Source: Williopsis jadinii (Eukaryota). From it: a stretch of DNA of 64,000 bases. The notes beneath the pieces are model-generated. The model was not told the origin of the DNA. It saw only the letters and a list, made by a program, of their open reading frames with translations, and made no database searches. The position numbers and the translations under genes are program-made. This document shows positions 1-10,415 of this stretch, piece by piece. The stretch spans positions 868,001 to 932,000 of the forward strand of contig AP024665.1 of NCBI GenBank assembly GCA_024346625.1. Reading direction: 5' to 3'. Position 1 is the first letter of the stretch, and every line of letters begins with the position of its first letter.

Positions 1-1350
1 TTGGCGCTGCCATTCCTGATTGGGACATTTGCGAGATCGACAGGCACATAGTATTATACATCGCACAGTTCTTGAAGCATGTTGGAGTAAAAGAAAGACC
101 CCGCGGGGGAAGGCTTGCGAAACGAGTCTTTGGCAGTTACAGAATAAATGTGGCTTTGTTATATGCTAAGCCTTCAGTGCTGTAAGAGCCAACGAGGGAA
201 AGGTCTTATGATGGTGGGTAATTATTGCTGTGTGTGTCTCCTCAAAACGTTAGAACATACGGTGTGCTTACCAGATGACCTTCCAACGTTCAGCCAGCAT
301 TTTGATCCAAAATCAGAACACGCTTGACACGATCATATTTGTATACACTTCGGCCCTGGCTACACAAAAGAACAAGAACCCGGAATCACCTCATTCACGA
401 AGACAAGTTGCACAGCAACTCTCCTGTTGCTTTCGTTGTTTTCTGTTTGCGCTCATGTTCTACGTCTGCCATTGTATGAAGTGAACTGTAAAGCCCTCCT
501 GTTCGCACAGGTTTAGAACGTCAGCGTTCAACGGCTGCATCGAGTTTGCCTTTTTTGTCGGATCTGCGAAATCTTAAAAACAGAAAAAAAGAAAAGAAAC
601 GAAAGGAGAAAGTGAGCTAGAACCAGCCATCAAATTCCCTCCTTCAATTCAGGTAAGTTTTTCTTTGTTTGTTTGGCTTCCGTTCTGCCCATCATCGTCT
701 ACCTGATTGTTCTTCATTTTTGCGGCTTCTCCCAGTTTTCTGTTGCTTATCTACTGCTTTTGATTTGTTGTTTATTCACTGATTTAGCCCAAGAAATCGC
801 ATTGACACGATCAAACTGTCAATAGGCGTAAACTCCAAACTGAAATTTTATACAGTCGGTTCTGCAGCCGAAAAGAAGAAAAACAACACACACAGGCAAA
901 CTGCGCTGGAAGAAACCAAACAGAGAAAAGAAAAACAGAAAGCCCCGGCCCGCACTTTTCTGTAACGATTTACGCTAAAAAAAATTACACGGCAAAGGAA
1001 AGCGTTTTCACTTTTGGCTTTGCTACCCCCTTCTTTTTTTGGCTTTGGCTTTGAGAACTTGAATCCCACCAATCAACGGTTCTCTGTGTGTGATTTCTAT
1101 TATCAAGTGATATCTGAGATCCAAGTCGTTCGCTTAATCGCAGAGCTGTCTCCCTTCTGAACTAAAGCGCGTTTCTCTCCTCCCCCTTTCGTGAGAGAGC
1201 TGTGTTTTTGTTTTGTTTTGATTTCATTTGTGTGCTTATTGCCCAGCTTCAACAACACGGTATCTACGCGCCTTTAGTGTCTTTGTTTGTGACGGTGGAA
1301 AAAGGTCATCGTGAGAGTGTATCAGAAGGACCTGGTTGAACGAAGAAACC

Positions 1351-2208
1351 ATGCCAAACACTACAGGTATTGCTGTTGGATGCGCCGTTGGCATTCCATC
1401 GGGTATTGCGATATGCGTTGCGCTATTCTTCTTTAGAAAGACAAGAAGAAGGTTTGCCAGGGAGGATGTTGAGTTCCAAAAGGACACAGAGATGAGAGAT
1501 ATCGATCAGGATCTATCGTACGATAACTTGGATCAACTACGGATTCATAGCCGTCGCAGTGCAGGCCACGAACATACAACCAGTACGGAAGATTCTGATC
1601 AGGAGAGACATGAAAAGGCACAGGACGACAACTACAGCGATAACAACGAGAATGGCCCCTCTACTCGTAACTTGAGTAACAGCAATATCAATAATAATGA
1701 CAACAACAAGAGAAAAACAAGGTATGTTCCTGCCTACAGGAAACAAATGAAGTCGCAGATCAATAGCGTATCAACTTCAAGAAACTCTTCGTATTCGAAC
1801 TTGCCTAACGGTGGTACTGCCACGGCGTCAAACGCGTCTATAACTACGAACTCGACGGAGAACTTCTACTCTAACGTCCCTGTGGTTGACGGTGACAATA
1901 AGGATAATTCGTGCCGAAACAGTATGGAATTGGCCAGATCGTTACAAGTACCCACTCCTTCATATTCAAAGAGACCTTCGATGAACCGTTCGTCATCGGC
2001 TTCAACCATGCAGTATACAGATGACGAATACGACTTGAAGAACAACTATGACCTTGCAAACGAAGGTGAAATCCAAGAGGAGGATCAATATGAAAACGAA
2101 TTCACAAATTACAGTGAAAACAAGAGGGCATTCATAGAAGGGTTAAGACCAAAATTGGAACAACAGCAAGGACAACAGCAAGGACAACAGCAAGGACAAC
2201 ATCAATGA
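1351..2208 (+). CDS. SKG1: Skg1/Aim20-family single-pass plasma-membrane protein
   Basis: N-terminal TM segment [21 protein letters not shown] and C-terminal [26 protein letters not shown] match Skg1. First ATG is at 1351 (the ORF track starts at an upstream TTG). Lies next to COA1, as AIM20/COA1 do in S. cerevisiae. Confidence 0.85.
   Translation: MPNTTGIAVGCAVGIPSGIAICVALFFFRKTRRRFAREDVEFQKDTEMRDIDQDLSYDNLDQLRIHSRRSAGHEHTTSTEDSDQERHEKAQDDNYSDNNENGPSTRNLSNSNINNNDNNKRKTRYVPAYRKQMKSQINSVSTSRNSSYSNLPNGGTATASNASITTNSTENFYSNVPVVDGDNKDNSCRNSMELARSLQVPTPSYSKRPSMNRSSSASTMQYTDDEYDLKNNYDLANEGEIQEEDQYENEFTNYSENKRAFIEGLRPKLEQQQGQQQGQQQGQHQ
2161..2203 (+). repeat. 12-bp coding tandem repeat (CAACAGCAAGGA x3 plus partial) encoding QQQG
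   Basis: Directly visible at the 3' end of SKG1. Confidence 0.9.
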
Positions 2209-2425
2209 AAATTCAAAAAAGAACAAATTTATCGGCACCATGAGTGTCTTACGCGTGCATCATCAACCAGTATTTAGATCCATCATGACATTTCCTTTTA
2301 TTAAACAGAGCTTTGTCTTTGTTTTTATCTTACTTCAAATCCAGTCACTATAGTAGTTGTGTGTAATTTCGCTATTTACATGTCTTCGTTCGTTAATGAG
2401 GATGATGTGAGTATGTTACATCACA

Positions 2426-3019
2426 TTAAACGGAGAAGTCGACGCTATCGTCTGCCAGCAAGTCATACTTTTTACCGTCAACCTCTAAGCTCCACTCATG
2501 GATCAGGAACTCGTCGTGTCTGCTCTTTCTATCAGCAACCAATCTAACAACACCTTGGTTGTTGGAACCCTTCACGGTGAACTTGATATCCACAACACCC
2601 TTGACTTGGTTCAACTCACCGCTGATCCATGGATAGACACTGGCAAAATCAATCTCATCACCCAATACACTTCTGATGATCTGACTTCTTCTCAAGAAAT
2701 GCAAAGTTGTCGTCACCACTGGAGAGTTCTGCTTCTCGTAGTTGAACATCAAGAGAGCACAGATACCCATCAAAACCCAAAACCCGACGAATTGCACACG
2801 AGCTCTGGTGCGGTCCTTCAGAGGATCCGGCAGCTCACGGTCAACGGTCATTGGCTTGCTCTTCTTCTCCGCCTTCAAGCCTTCAGTAGACCCAGAGCTG
2901 GCCGTTGAGGTGCTCTGCAAACGCAACTGTTGCAGTCCAACAGAAGACCATCTGCCCATCATCTTTGGTGACTGGATACGCAAGGATGCACCAAGTGCTC
3001 TCATTCTAACTGGAAACAT
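2426..3019 (-). CDS. COA1: Cytochrome c oxidase assembly factor Coa1
   Basis: Mitochondrial-type presequence, DRELPDP motif, one TM helix, FNYEK..SPVV and WISGELNQVKG..DIKF.VKG motifs. Confidence 0.88.
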   Translation of the reverse strand: MFPVRMRALGASLRIQSPKMMGRWSSVGLQQLRLQSTSTASSGSTEGLKAEKKSKPMTVDRELPDPLKDRTRARVQFVGFWVLMGICALLMFNYEKQNSPVVTTTLHFLRRSQIIRSVLGDEIDFASVYPWISGELNQVKGVVDIKFTVKGSNNQGVVRLVADRKSRHDEFLIHEWSLEVDGKKYDLLADDSVDFSV

Positions 3020-3215
3020 TTCTCCCCGATTTGTTGTTCTGAAAGTCCAACTGGTTCTAAGGGAGTTTGTAGACGGGATTTCCTTCTCTCTCTCGTTTTT
3101 TCCCTCTCTTTTCTGTGCTGGTTTTCAACACTTTTCAATGCCCGCGTTTTTGGCGCTTCTGTACTATGTTTACATCAGTAAATCACACTTCACGCTCTGA
3201 GAGGGAGGGTTGAGG

Positions 3216-5243
3216 ATGGCTGGTGAGGACAATGATGTTATGGTGAAGGTGTTTGAGCTGGCACAGCGCAACTTCAAGGAGAAGAAATACCAGGACTGCT
3301 TGACGTTACTGTCGAGGGCCATTGGTTATGCCTTGTCGATGGATCAGCGGTCCATTATGAAGCTGAGGAAGTCGTACGGGTTAACAGAAAGACCCTCGTA
3401 CGCTGGTCGAACCGCCAAGCTGTATCATCCTAAGCTGGTTGCTATGCTGGATTCGAGGGCTGCGACGTATGAGAAACTTAAGAAGCTCAACGATGCTCTG
3501 AAAGATGGCGAACAGATTGTGAGAGTGGAGCCCTTCAATGCCAGAGGCTATATCCGCTCAGGAAAGTTATTACAGGCTTTAGGACACTGGCAACAAGCAT
3601 CTGATGTGTACGACAGAGGCATCAGTATGCTCTTGATGGGTAGGGATACCTTCAAGTTGAAGCTGAACGAGCAGATGTTCAAGATTATGAAAGAACAGAG
3701 GTCTATCGTTAGATCAAAACTGAAAGATATCGCAAAGCGCAAAAATGGCAGATTGGTTCCAATTCCTCCGTTAGAAGAGGGCAAGAGCAAAAGGGTAAAA
3801 ACTTCATCTACAAAGTGTTTAGATCCGTTGAATTTCTTGCCGGTAGAATTGATGCACCGTATCCTGTCAATGCTACCGTTGAGGTTGGCTCTGAGATGCC
3901 GGTTGATCTCGAAGAGGTGGGATGAACTGATTCCAGCTTTACCCTTGTATAACGATATAAGGTTAGCATCACTTTCGTCGTTTAAAGATGTTGCAAACTG
4001 CTTCAAGTTGGTTCATAGATCCAAAGAGCATACGATGGTCAAGTCTGTGAAACGACTCGTTCTACCGTCTGTGAGTATAGCAGATGAATCAAGAATTGTA
4101 TCGTTTATCTTGAAACAGGAGCTGGAGATAACTGGGACTTTGGATATGACTCTCATGGATATCACGATGCAACAACTTGTGGATATGTTAAGACAGAATG
4201 ACTCAGTTGTCGAAACGCTGAAACGTTTGAAGTTGACCTGTATATTTGTACCGAAATATGAAGAACAGCTGCCATTTCTCTTCCCACGATTGGAATATCT
4301 ATCCATCACACCAACACCAACCAGGAGAGTCATGGCATTACCAAAGAACTATATATCACCTCTAGCAAGTTTTCCAAATCTGAAAGCGTTACACATCATT
4401 GGTGATCTGAGGAAAAAGTATCCTTCTCTACCCTTTGAATGTATCTTCAAACAATCCAATTCTCAAATGTTCCCCAACTTACAAGATTTGATAATTGTTG
4501 GTTATGATTTCTCTCATGTGAACAGCAACAATGGAACGTTCAACTTTCTGGAAAACTTTACTAAACTACGAACCCTGGTATTGGAGAACAACAAGACTTT
4601 CACTTTCAGGACTTTACTCAAGAGACATGATTTCTTGCAATTACCAATGCTGACGAAATTTGTATTCCGTGAGCCTGAAACCAGACAGGCTGAAGGTTTA
4701 CAACTCTACGTTGATGATTACCTTTTTAATGTATTTGGTCGCTTACAGGTTCTTGATCTCACTGGAAGTTCAATCTCTTATTCTGGACTGATCAAACTGT
4801 TGAGAGTATGTGGTCAGAGTTTAAAGCATCTCTACGTTGGCCTCTGTCACAACATAACGTTCCAGAAATCAAGAATTGTCGATACAGAGTACTTCAACTT
4901 TGAACAGGTTAGTGCACTATGTCCAAATCTTGAATCTTTGTATATGAACCAATCCATTGGCCTAACAGATTCAGCTCTTGATGACTTCATCAAAACCATA
5001 AGGATAAACAACAGTTTCCCCAGGTTGAGACTTCTCGATCTTTCCTTCAACAATGAATTAAATGGGTACAAACTTTTAGAATTTCTCAAAGAGAGAAAGA
5101 TGCCAATACTTATACTCCATGGTATTGACCTTAAACCTGACACTGTCAGGGCAATGGAGAAGCACTACTGTCAAAAGGTGCTCAGCAGAATGGATAGACA
5201 GTATTGGAGAGAGTATGGTGTCAATAGCTACAACCCGTTTTAA
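3216..5243 (+). CDS. DIA2: TPR / F-box / LRR SCF substrate adaptor Dia2
   Basis: N-terminal TPRs (LDSRAATYEKL, RGYIRSGKLL), F-box LDPLNFLPVELMHRILSML, C-terminal LRRs. First ATG at 3216. Adjacent to RTS2. Confidence 0.85.
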   Translation: MAGEDNDVMVKVFELAQRNFKEKKYQDCLTLLSRAIGYALSMDQRSIMKLRKSYGLTERPSYAGRTAKLYHPKLVAMLDSRAATYEKLKKLNDALKDGEQIVRVEPFNARGYIRSGKLLQALGHWQQASDVYDRGISMLLMGRDTFKLKLNEQMFKIMKEQRSIVRSKLKDIAKRKNGRLVPIPPLEEGKSKRVKTSSTKCLDPLNFLPVELMHRILSMLPLRLALRCRLISKRWDELIPALPLYNDIRLASLSSFKDVANCFKLVHRSKEHTMVKSVKRLVLPSVSIADESRIVSFILKQELEITGTLDMTLMDITMQQLVDMLRQNDSVVETLKRLKLTCIFVPKYEEQLPFLFPRLEYLSITPTPTRRVMALPKNYISPLASFPNLKALHIIGDLRKKYPSLPFECIFKQSNSQMFPNLQDLIIVGYDFSHVNSNNGTFNFLENFTKLRTLVLENNKTFTFRTLLKRHDFLQLPMLTKFVFREPETRQAEGLQLYVDDYLFNVFGRLQVLDLTGSSISYSGLIKLLRVCGQSLKHLYVGLCHNITFQKSRIVDTEYFNFEQVSALCPNLESLYMNQSIGLTDSALDDFIKTIRINNSFPRLRLLDLSFNNELNGYKLLEFLKERKMPILILHGIDLKPDTVRAMEKHYCQKVLSRMDRQYWREYGVNSYNPF

Positions 5244-5248
5244 TAGAA

Positions 5249-5974
5249 TCATGACTTGAATACGTTCGTCTTCTTGGGCTTTGACACTTTGAAAGCATTG
5301 GCCTTTTTGAAATTAGACGTATCATTTTTCTTCGTCCCACCAAGAGTAATCTTGATAGGTTCGCTTGATTCAGCAGCAGGTTCTATATCTTCCTCCTCAT
5401 GTGTCTCAACTTTTCGTAAAACCTGGTCCCTCTTTATCTGTTGCTGCAATAACATCGAACTCATCGCCTCATCGCCACGTTCGGCATCGTCTTTCTTCTT
5501 CAATAATGCCTTTCTCATTGCCTCGTCTCCTGAGTTGTTAATATACGAAATGTCAACGCCGCTAAGACTCTGATCCGAATCATCCGTTATCTCAGCTTTG
5601 ATTATCCCCTTTCTTGCCATGTCCTGAACAAATTGGGACAAGGAAGACCACTTGGTGGCAGTCAAATGGACGTGGTCCTTCTGTTGGATCAGCTGATTGT
5701 AGAACCTATTAGCATTGATACTCTTCTCGCCATGATAGTTGCGTAGCTGTGAAATGAAGTTATCCTGGAACTGTTTAGAGTAGTTTTCAATGTCACTCTT
5801 ACCAACATTGGCGATCCTCTTTATATGCGATTCACTTCTAATATGGCATTTAAACCCATTATCGTCTCGACACTGCTTCTCGCATACTTGGCAGTACCAC
5901 TTGAGTTTCTGCAACCCCTTCAGCTTCATCTGCTTAGAGAGGTACTTCGGAGTACCAAACTCAGCCTTCGCCAT
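5249..5974 (-). CDS. RTS2: KIN17-like zinc-finger protein Rts2
   Basis: KLKGLQKLKWYCQVCEKQCRDDNGFKCHIRSESH C2H2 motif and Kin17 middle domain (HVHLTATKWSSL). Confidence 0.92.
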   Translation of the reverse strand: MAKAEFGTPKYLSKQMKLKGLQKLKWYCQVCEKQCRDDNGFKCHIRSESHIKRIANVGKSDIENYSKQFQDNFISQLRNYHGEKSINANRFYNQLIQQKDHVHLTATKWSSLSQFVQDMARKGIIKAEITDDSDQSLSGVDISYINNSGDEAMRKALLKKKDDAERGDEAMSSMLLQQQIKRDQVLRKVETHEEEDIEPAAESSEPIKITLGGTKKNDTSNFKKANAFKVSKPKKTNVFKS

Positions 5975-6204
5975 CCTCTCGTGTTCTTCTCTTCACAGTG
6001 TAGTTGATACCGTGGTGACGGCCTTGTTCCTCAAAGCGAACTTGGAGCAGACGTCTTTGGCCTTTGGCGATGCGGCTTCACCGGTTCGCCCACTATGCTG
6101 TTCTGCTCAGCGTTTCTCCCACGATGGTCCCCAATACGCTGATTTGAACCACTCTTCCTGTTCTCTAAGGACTTGGAGAGTATCATACACCCTTAGACAA
6201 TACA

Positions 6205-7230
6205 ATGCTCAACGTGAGAGCAGTTTTTAGCGAGGCTCTACGCCAGCGAGCCATGAATATCTTCAACAGGCCACGAGTATCGCCTGTTCGTGGCCAGCTT
6301 ACCAAGCAGTTCTTTGGGAAGGGCTCCGCACGTTCGTACGCCACCTACAGAAGGTTCAACAACCAAGTGACATCGTCGAACCCGTTACAGGATCCATTCT
6401 TGAAGAAGGTCATTGGTATAACTCTGGGACTCGGTACAGTTATCTACGTTACGAACCTTGACGCTGCGCCCGTCACCGGTAGAAAACGGTTCATCATCAC
6501 ATCTGAGAGATTCGAGCAGTGGATTGGCAAGCAGTCTTACAATCAGCTCATGGCGGAGTTCAGATACACTGGTAAGATCCTTCCTGACAACCATCCACAG
6601 GCCATTAGGGCAAAGCGGATCTTCCAGAGGATACTACAGGCAAGTCCAGTGGACGAGTCCAGCTTGAACTGGTCATTACACGTGATTAATGACCCAACAG
6701 CTCCACCAAACGCATTCGTTCTGCCTGGTGGTAAAGTGTTCGTGTTCTCCACGATCTTGCCGATCTGTGAGAATGACGACGGGCTTGCCACCGTGCTCTC
6801 TCATGAGTTTGCGCATCAGTTAGCCAGACACACCGGTGAGAACCTGTCGTCTGCCCCAATATACGGGGCCATCTCACTAACTCTGTATGCACTCACCGGG
6901 GCAGACGTGTTCAGCAGGCTGATTATTGACGCGGTGTTTAAGATGCCAGCATCCAGGGAGATGGAAACAGAGGCCGACTACATTGGACTGATGCTGATGG
7001 CAAAGGCTTGCTTCGACCCAAGAGAGGCTCCAAAGCTGTGGAATCGTATGGCTAATTGGGAGAAGAGCTCCATCATCTCTCGTATGCCCGAGCTGCTATC
7101 TACGCACCCTGCGTCTGAAAGAAGAATAGAAAACATGAAGGAATGGCTTCCAAAGGCCATGTCTGAGCGTGAAAACTCCCACTGTTCGCAATTCTCGGAC
7201 TTCATGTTCTCTAACGGTGGTTTCTGGTGA
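6205..7230 (+). CDS. OMA1: Mitochondrial inner-membrane metallopeptidase Oma1 (M48)
   Basis: PNAFVLPGGKVFVF, HEFAH zinc motif, SREMETEADYIGL and LSTHP motifs. Confidence 0.95.
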   Translation: MLNVRAVFSEALRQRAMNIFNRPRVSPVRGQLTKQFFGKGSARSYATYRRFNNQVTSSNPLQDPFLKKVIGITLGLGTVIYVTNLDAAPVTGRKRFIITSERFEQWIGKQSYNQLMAEFRYTGKILPDNHPQAIRAKRIFQRILQASPVDESSLNWSLHVINDPTAPPNAFVLPGGKVFVFSTILPICENDDGLATVLSHEFAHQLARHTGENLSSAPIYGAISLTLYALTGADVFSRLIIDAVFKMPASREMETEADYIGLMLMAKACFDPREAPKLWNRMANWEKSSIISRMPELLSTHPASERRIENMKEWLPKAMSERENSHCSQFSDFMFSNGGFW

Positions 7231-7552
7231 TATCTTTCGCCAGTTTGTTCATATATTAGAGAAGAATAGTTAGAGAGTAAACGGATGAGCTTCCGTTATA
7301 GCATCACTAGTGGTGTGTGGCCCACAACGACAAATTTTAACAGGAGTAGTGTGTGCGAAGGGAAAAATGTATACAGTTATAAGCACTCACGTTGTGCCCA
7401 CCTCTAAGTACTAGAACTTGGTATTGAACCGGGGAAACGATCGTTCATCCTATAGAGCCTATCTCAGGAACTGACCCAGCGAGCCTGTTTCCGTTATAAC
7501 TTGCTGTTGCTAGCCATATAGCCACTCCATCCTCTCCGTTCCAAAGCACTCG

Positions 7553-9307
7553 ATGCCAGAGCAGAAGAAGAGATCGATACAGGTGAACCCTTTGGACGTT
7601 ACTGAGTCTTTGGGGTACACGACTTTCAGAAGAGACTCGCGTAAGCCGTGGACTAAAGAGGAGGATGAGACTCTGAAAAAGATTATTGGAGGGAAGTTAG
7701 TAGCGATGGGTTATGCAGAAGGGCTGGAAGCGCTGAAGAAGACGGACTGGAACTTCAACGCCATGGCCTTGCCTCAGCAGATCGACTGGGAGGAGATCAG
7801 CGCAAAGATAAAGACCAGGAAGCCCAAGGATTGCCGGAAGAGATGGCTGAACTCCTTAGATCCAACTCTTCGCAAGGGTAAGTGGACGCCCGCTGAAGAT
7901 AAACAGCTTATCGATGCCTTTGCGATGTACGGTTCATCATGGCAGAAGATCTCTCTAGAGATCCCGGGAAGAACAGATGACCAATGTGCTAAGAGATATG
8001 TTGAAGTTTTAGACCCTAATACTAGGGATAGGTTGAGGCCATGGACTGAGCAGGAGGACCTGAGCCTTATACGAAAGGTTAAGGCGTATGGAACCAAGTG
8101 GAGGGCCATTTCCGCAGAGATGGAAAGCCGTCCCAGTCTAACATGCCGTAACAGATGGAGAAAGATCGTTACTGATGTTGTTCGTGGAAAGGCAAGTGAT
8201 GACGTCAAAGAGGCCATTGATAGCATCCAAGGGGGGTTGTCGAAAGTTGAAGAGATTTCAGAGACGTTGAAGAAGGACGTGATCGCCAAAAAGGCACAAC
8301 AGACTTTGGATATAGAAAGTACATCATCAAGGAGTAACAACACCGTGGATACACGGAAGAAGAAGACCAGAGCACCCACTTTGAAGGCCGTTAAGGTACC
8401 TGTGGATTACCAAAGACCACCATTGGACCCTCCATCAGTGCCATCTGTTGAGGAAAATACAAATAATGTCAGCAATCAGGCAACCACTCAAGTGGATTGG
8501 AAATTTACACTCAAGGACTCCTCTGGGTTTTCGGTTTCAAGTGGCGTCATAGCCAATACTGAACTTGCTACGCAGCTTATCGAAGCTATAAAGCAGAACG
8601 ATCTCAAGATATCTATTCATCAACATATCCACCATCACTACTCGAGCACATTACACAATTCAGGTAATGGATATTCCGTGAGTTCAAAGCAAGGTGGATC
8701 TGAGGACTCAAACTCCAACACGTCTGGAAATAATATGTATAGCACCAGTAACAACAACACCAATGAAGATGGTCTCATACCGAACAGATCGACACATTTC
8801 AACTACTTACCTCCTATGGTTCAACCTCAACTTGGGAGCTCATCACAGGTTAGCTCAAAAGAGAGCGACTTATCCAAACTACTGAACCCTCATCCACAGC
8901 ATAGTCACCACAACCACACACATCAGCATCAGCATCTCAAACAGCACCAGCAACTTCCACATCATCAGCATTCACTAAACCATCAACAGCAATTGAATAA
9001 GAGAAGGTACTCAGCTTCCAGTAATGAGTCCACGCGCAAAAAGGAGCGTCGTCTGTCATCAGAAAGACGTGCTGCTGCCAATGAAGAGTACTATGAGGAA
9101 CTTGATGGCGAGGTTGACTTCTGGGAGAAGATGGGTACGCTGTCAGGCATGCCAACGAACTATCAAAACGATATTATGGATACCGAGGAGAATGCAAAAT
9201 TCAGCATGATGTATGGCGTGTTTGCCGAGGAGGAAGAGTACGATATTGAGGAGCTTGAAGAGGAATTAAGAGGCATTGCTGGTATCTTACCATTCAATCC
9301 TTCATGA
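7553..9307 (+). CDS. BAS1: Myb-family transcription factor Bas1
   Basis: DVTESLGY N-terminus, three Myb repeats including RPSLTCRNRWRKIVT, HQHIHHHY motif and C-terminal PFNPS. Confidence 0.92.
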   Translation: MPEQKKRSIQVNPLDVTESLGYTTFRRDSRKPWTKEEDETLKKIIGGKLVAMGYAEGLEALKKTDWNFNAMALPQQIDWEEISAKIKTRKPKDCRKRWLNSLDPTLRKGKWTPAEDKQLIDAFAMYGSSWQKISLEIPGRTDDQCAKRYVEVLDPNTRDRLRPWTEQEDLSLIRKVKAYGTKWRAISAEMESRPSLTCRNRWRKIVTDVVRGKASDDVKEAIDSIQGGLSKVEEISETLKKDVIAKKAQQTLDIESTSSRSNNTVDTRKKKTRAPTLKAVKVPVDYQRPPLDPPSVPSVEENTNNVSNQATTQVDWKFTLKDSSGFSVSSGVIANTELATQLIEAIKQNDLKISIHQHIHHHYSSTLHNSGNGYSVSSKQGGSEDSNSNTSGNNMYSTSNNNTNEDGLIPNRSTHFNYLPPMVQPQLGSSSQVSSKESDLSKLLNPHPQHSHHNHTHQHQHLKQHQQLPHHQHSLNHQQQLNKRRYSASSNESTRKKERRLSSERRAAANEEYYEELDGEVDFWEKMGTLSGMPTNYQNDIMDTEENAKFSMMYGVFAEEEEYDIEELEEELRGIAGILPFNPS

Positions 9308-9374
9308 GGCACTACGGCGTATCGACGACAAAGAAGAACAGCAGAGAAACTAGGAATGTTGATAGAATTAAAAG

Positions 9375-9700
9375 TCATTTTCTCTCAAAGTAAGCGGACG
9401 CGTTCATGAAACCTACGCTCGTATCGTAGATGTATTCACCGGCCCCAAGGTACTTGTCAAAGTACTCCTGTGGCTGAGGACCGAACAGGTCCTTCTTTGG
9501 TGCCAGTCCGGTGTTTCTCTTCACACCTGCCAAGATAGTAGACACCAAAAGGAGATCAACAGAGTAATGAACTGCTTTCCCTACCTGTACATCAACAGCG
9601 AACCTGATCTGTTAGTGGAAGCTCCAGAGCACCGCTACTCCATCCCATCGCATTTCTTCTCGACAGGCTGGACTCATCTGTAGTTACATACAAACGACAT
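9375..9700 (-). CDS. 72-aa DUF1748 small protein, YIL156W-B-like; spliced, absent from the ORF track
   Basis: Exon 1 9700-9692 (ATG TCG TTT). Intron 9691-9585 (GTATGT...CACTAAC...CAG). Exon 2 9584-9375. Product MSFVGKAVHYSVDLLLVSTILAGVKRNTGL...KYLGAGEYIYDTSVGFMNASAYFERK resembles DUF1748 proteins; near COA1/BAS1 as expected from yeast synteny. Confidence 0.88.
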
Positions 9701-10415
9701 CTCTTTGGAACAAACAAGGAAGCGTAAAACGTGCTGGTTTAATGAAACAAGACAGTGCACGCAGCGATTTGTCGTGTGAAACAGAGACGTTCTGTTTGGC
9801 TCCTTTGTTCAATTTTTCCCACCGTGTAGCCCCTCCAGCAACTTCCGTCCTCAGAGGGCATTGATTGGTACACGCACGCCCCTCCTACGCTAGGCAAGCT
9901 GTGCTAAACCCACTGGGCTGGGCAGCGTACAGGGAGAAGGGCACTGGGGACACAGGCTTAGCAACACGGTTTCAGTAGTGCCAGGCCAGGGTTTAGAGGG
10001 TGGTGCTGTCTCCCCGTTTGCTGTGCGATCAACACCATTGGAGCGTGTAAACTGTGCCACTTAGCGTCCCATAATTGGAAGCGAGAATTGACTGTCTGGG
10101 GGCTGAGCCCTCTGCTTAGGCCTCTGCTCTGGCTCCAACATCTCGGCCGGCGGGTGGGATGCAGAGGCAGGTACGTTTTAGGCTGAGGAAAATCAAGAAG
10201 GGAATCCTCATCGGCCAACACACTCACGTTGCGATTAACGTCATAGGCACCGGCACACACCTTCTTTCCCCCTTTTTTCAGTTCTTCACTGTCGTTCATT
10301 GTTTGAGAGCCGGGCTCATTTGTTCTTATACCGCTGGTATTCTCAAGAGTGGCTGTCCTCTTCGTTTGTCCTGTTGTACTAGCTGAGCCATTAGAGCTTT
10401 GACAACCGATCCATT

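Noticed and set aside
651..1143. AG/GTAAGT donor suggesting a 5'-UTR intron of SKG1
   Set aside because: No CTAAC-type branch point was found before the ATG, so the intron cannot be supported.
9743..9783. Two TGAAACA pheromone-response elements
   Set aside because: They lie in the T-rich core promoter of a housekeeping-type small gene; short motif with no mating context.
9800..10400. GC-rich stretch considered as structured ncRNA (snRNA or telomerase RNA)
   Set aside because: No recognisable snRNA 5' end, Sm site or template. It is adequately explained as the divergent DUF1748/BST1 promoter.
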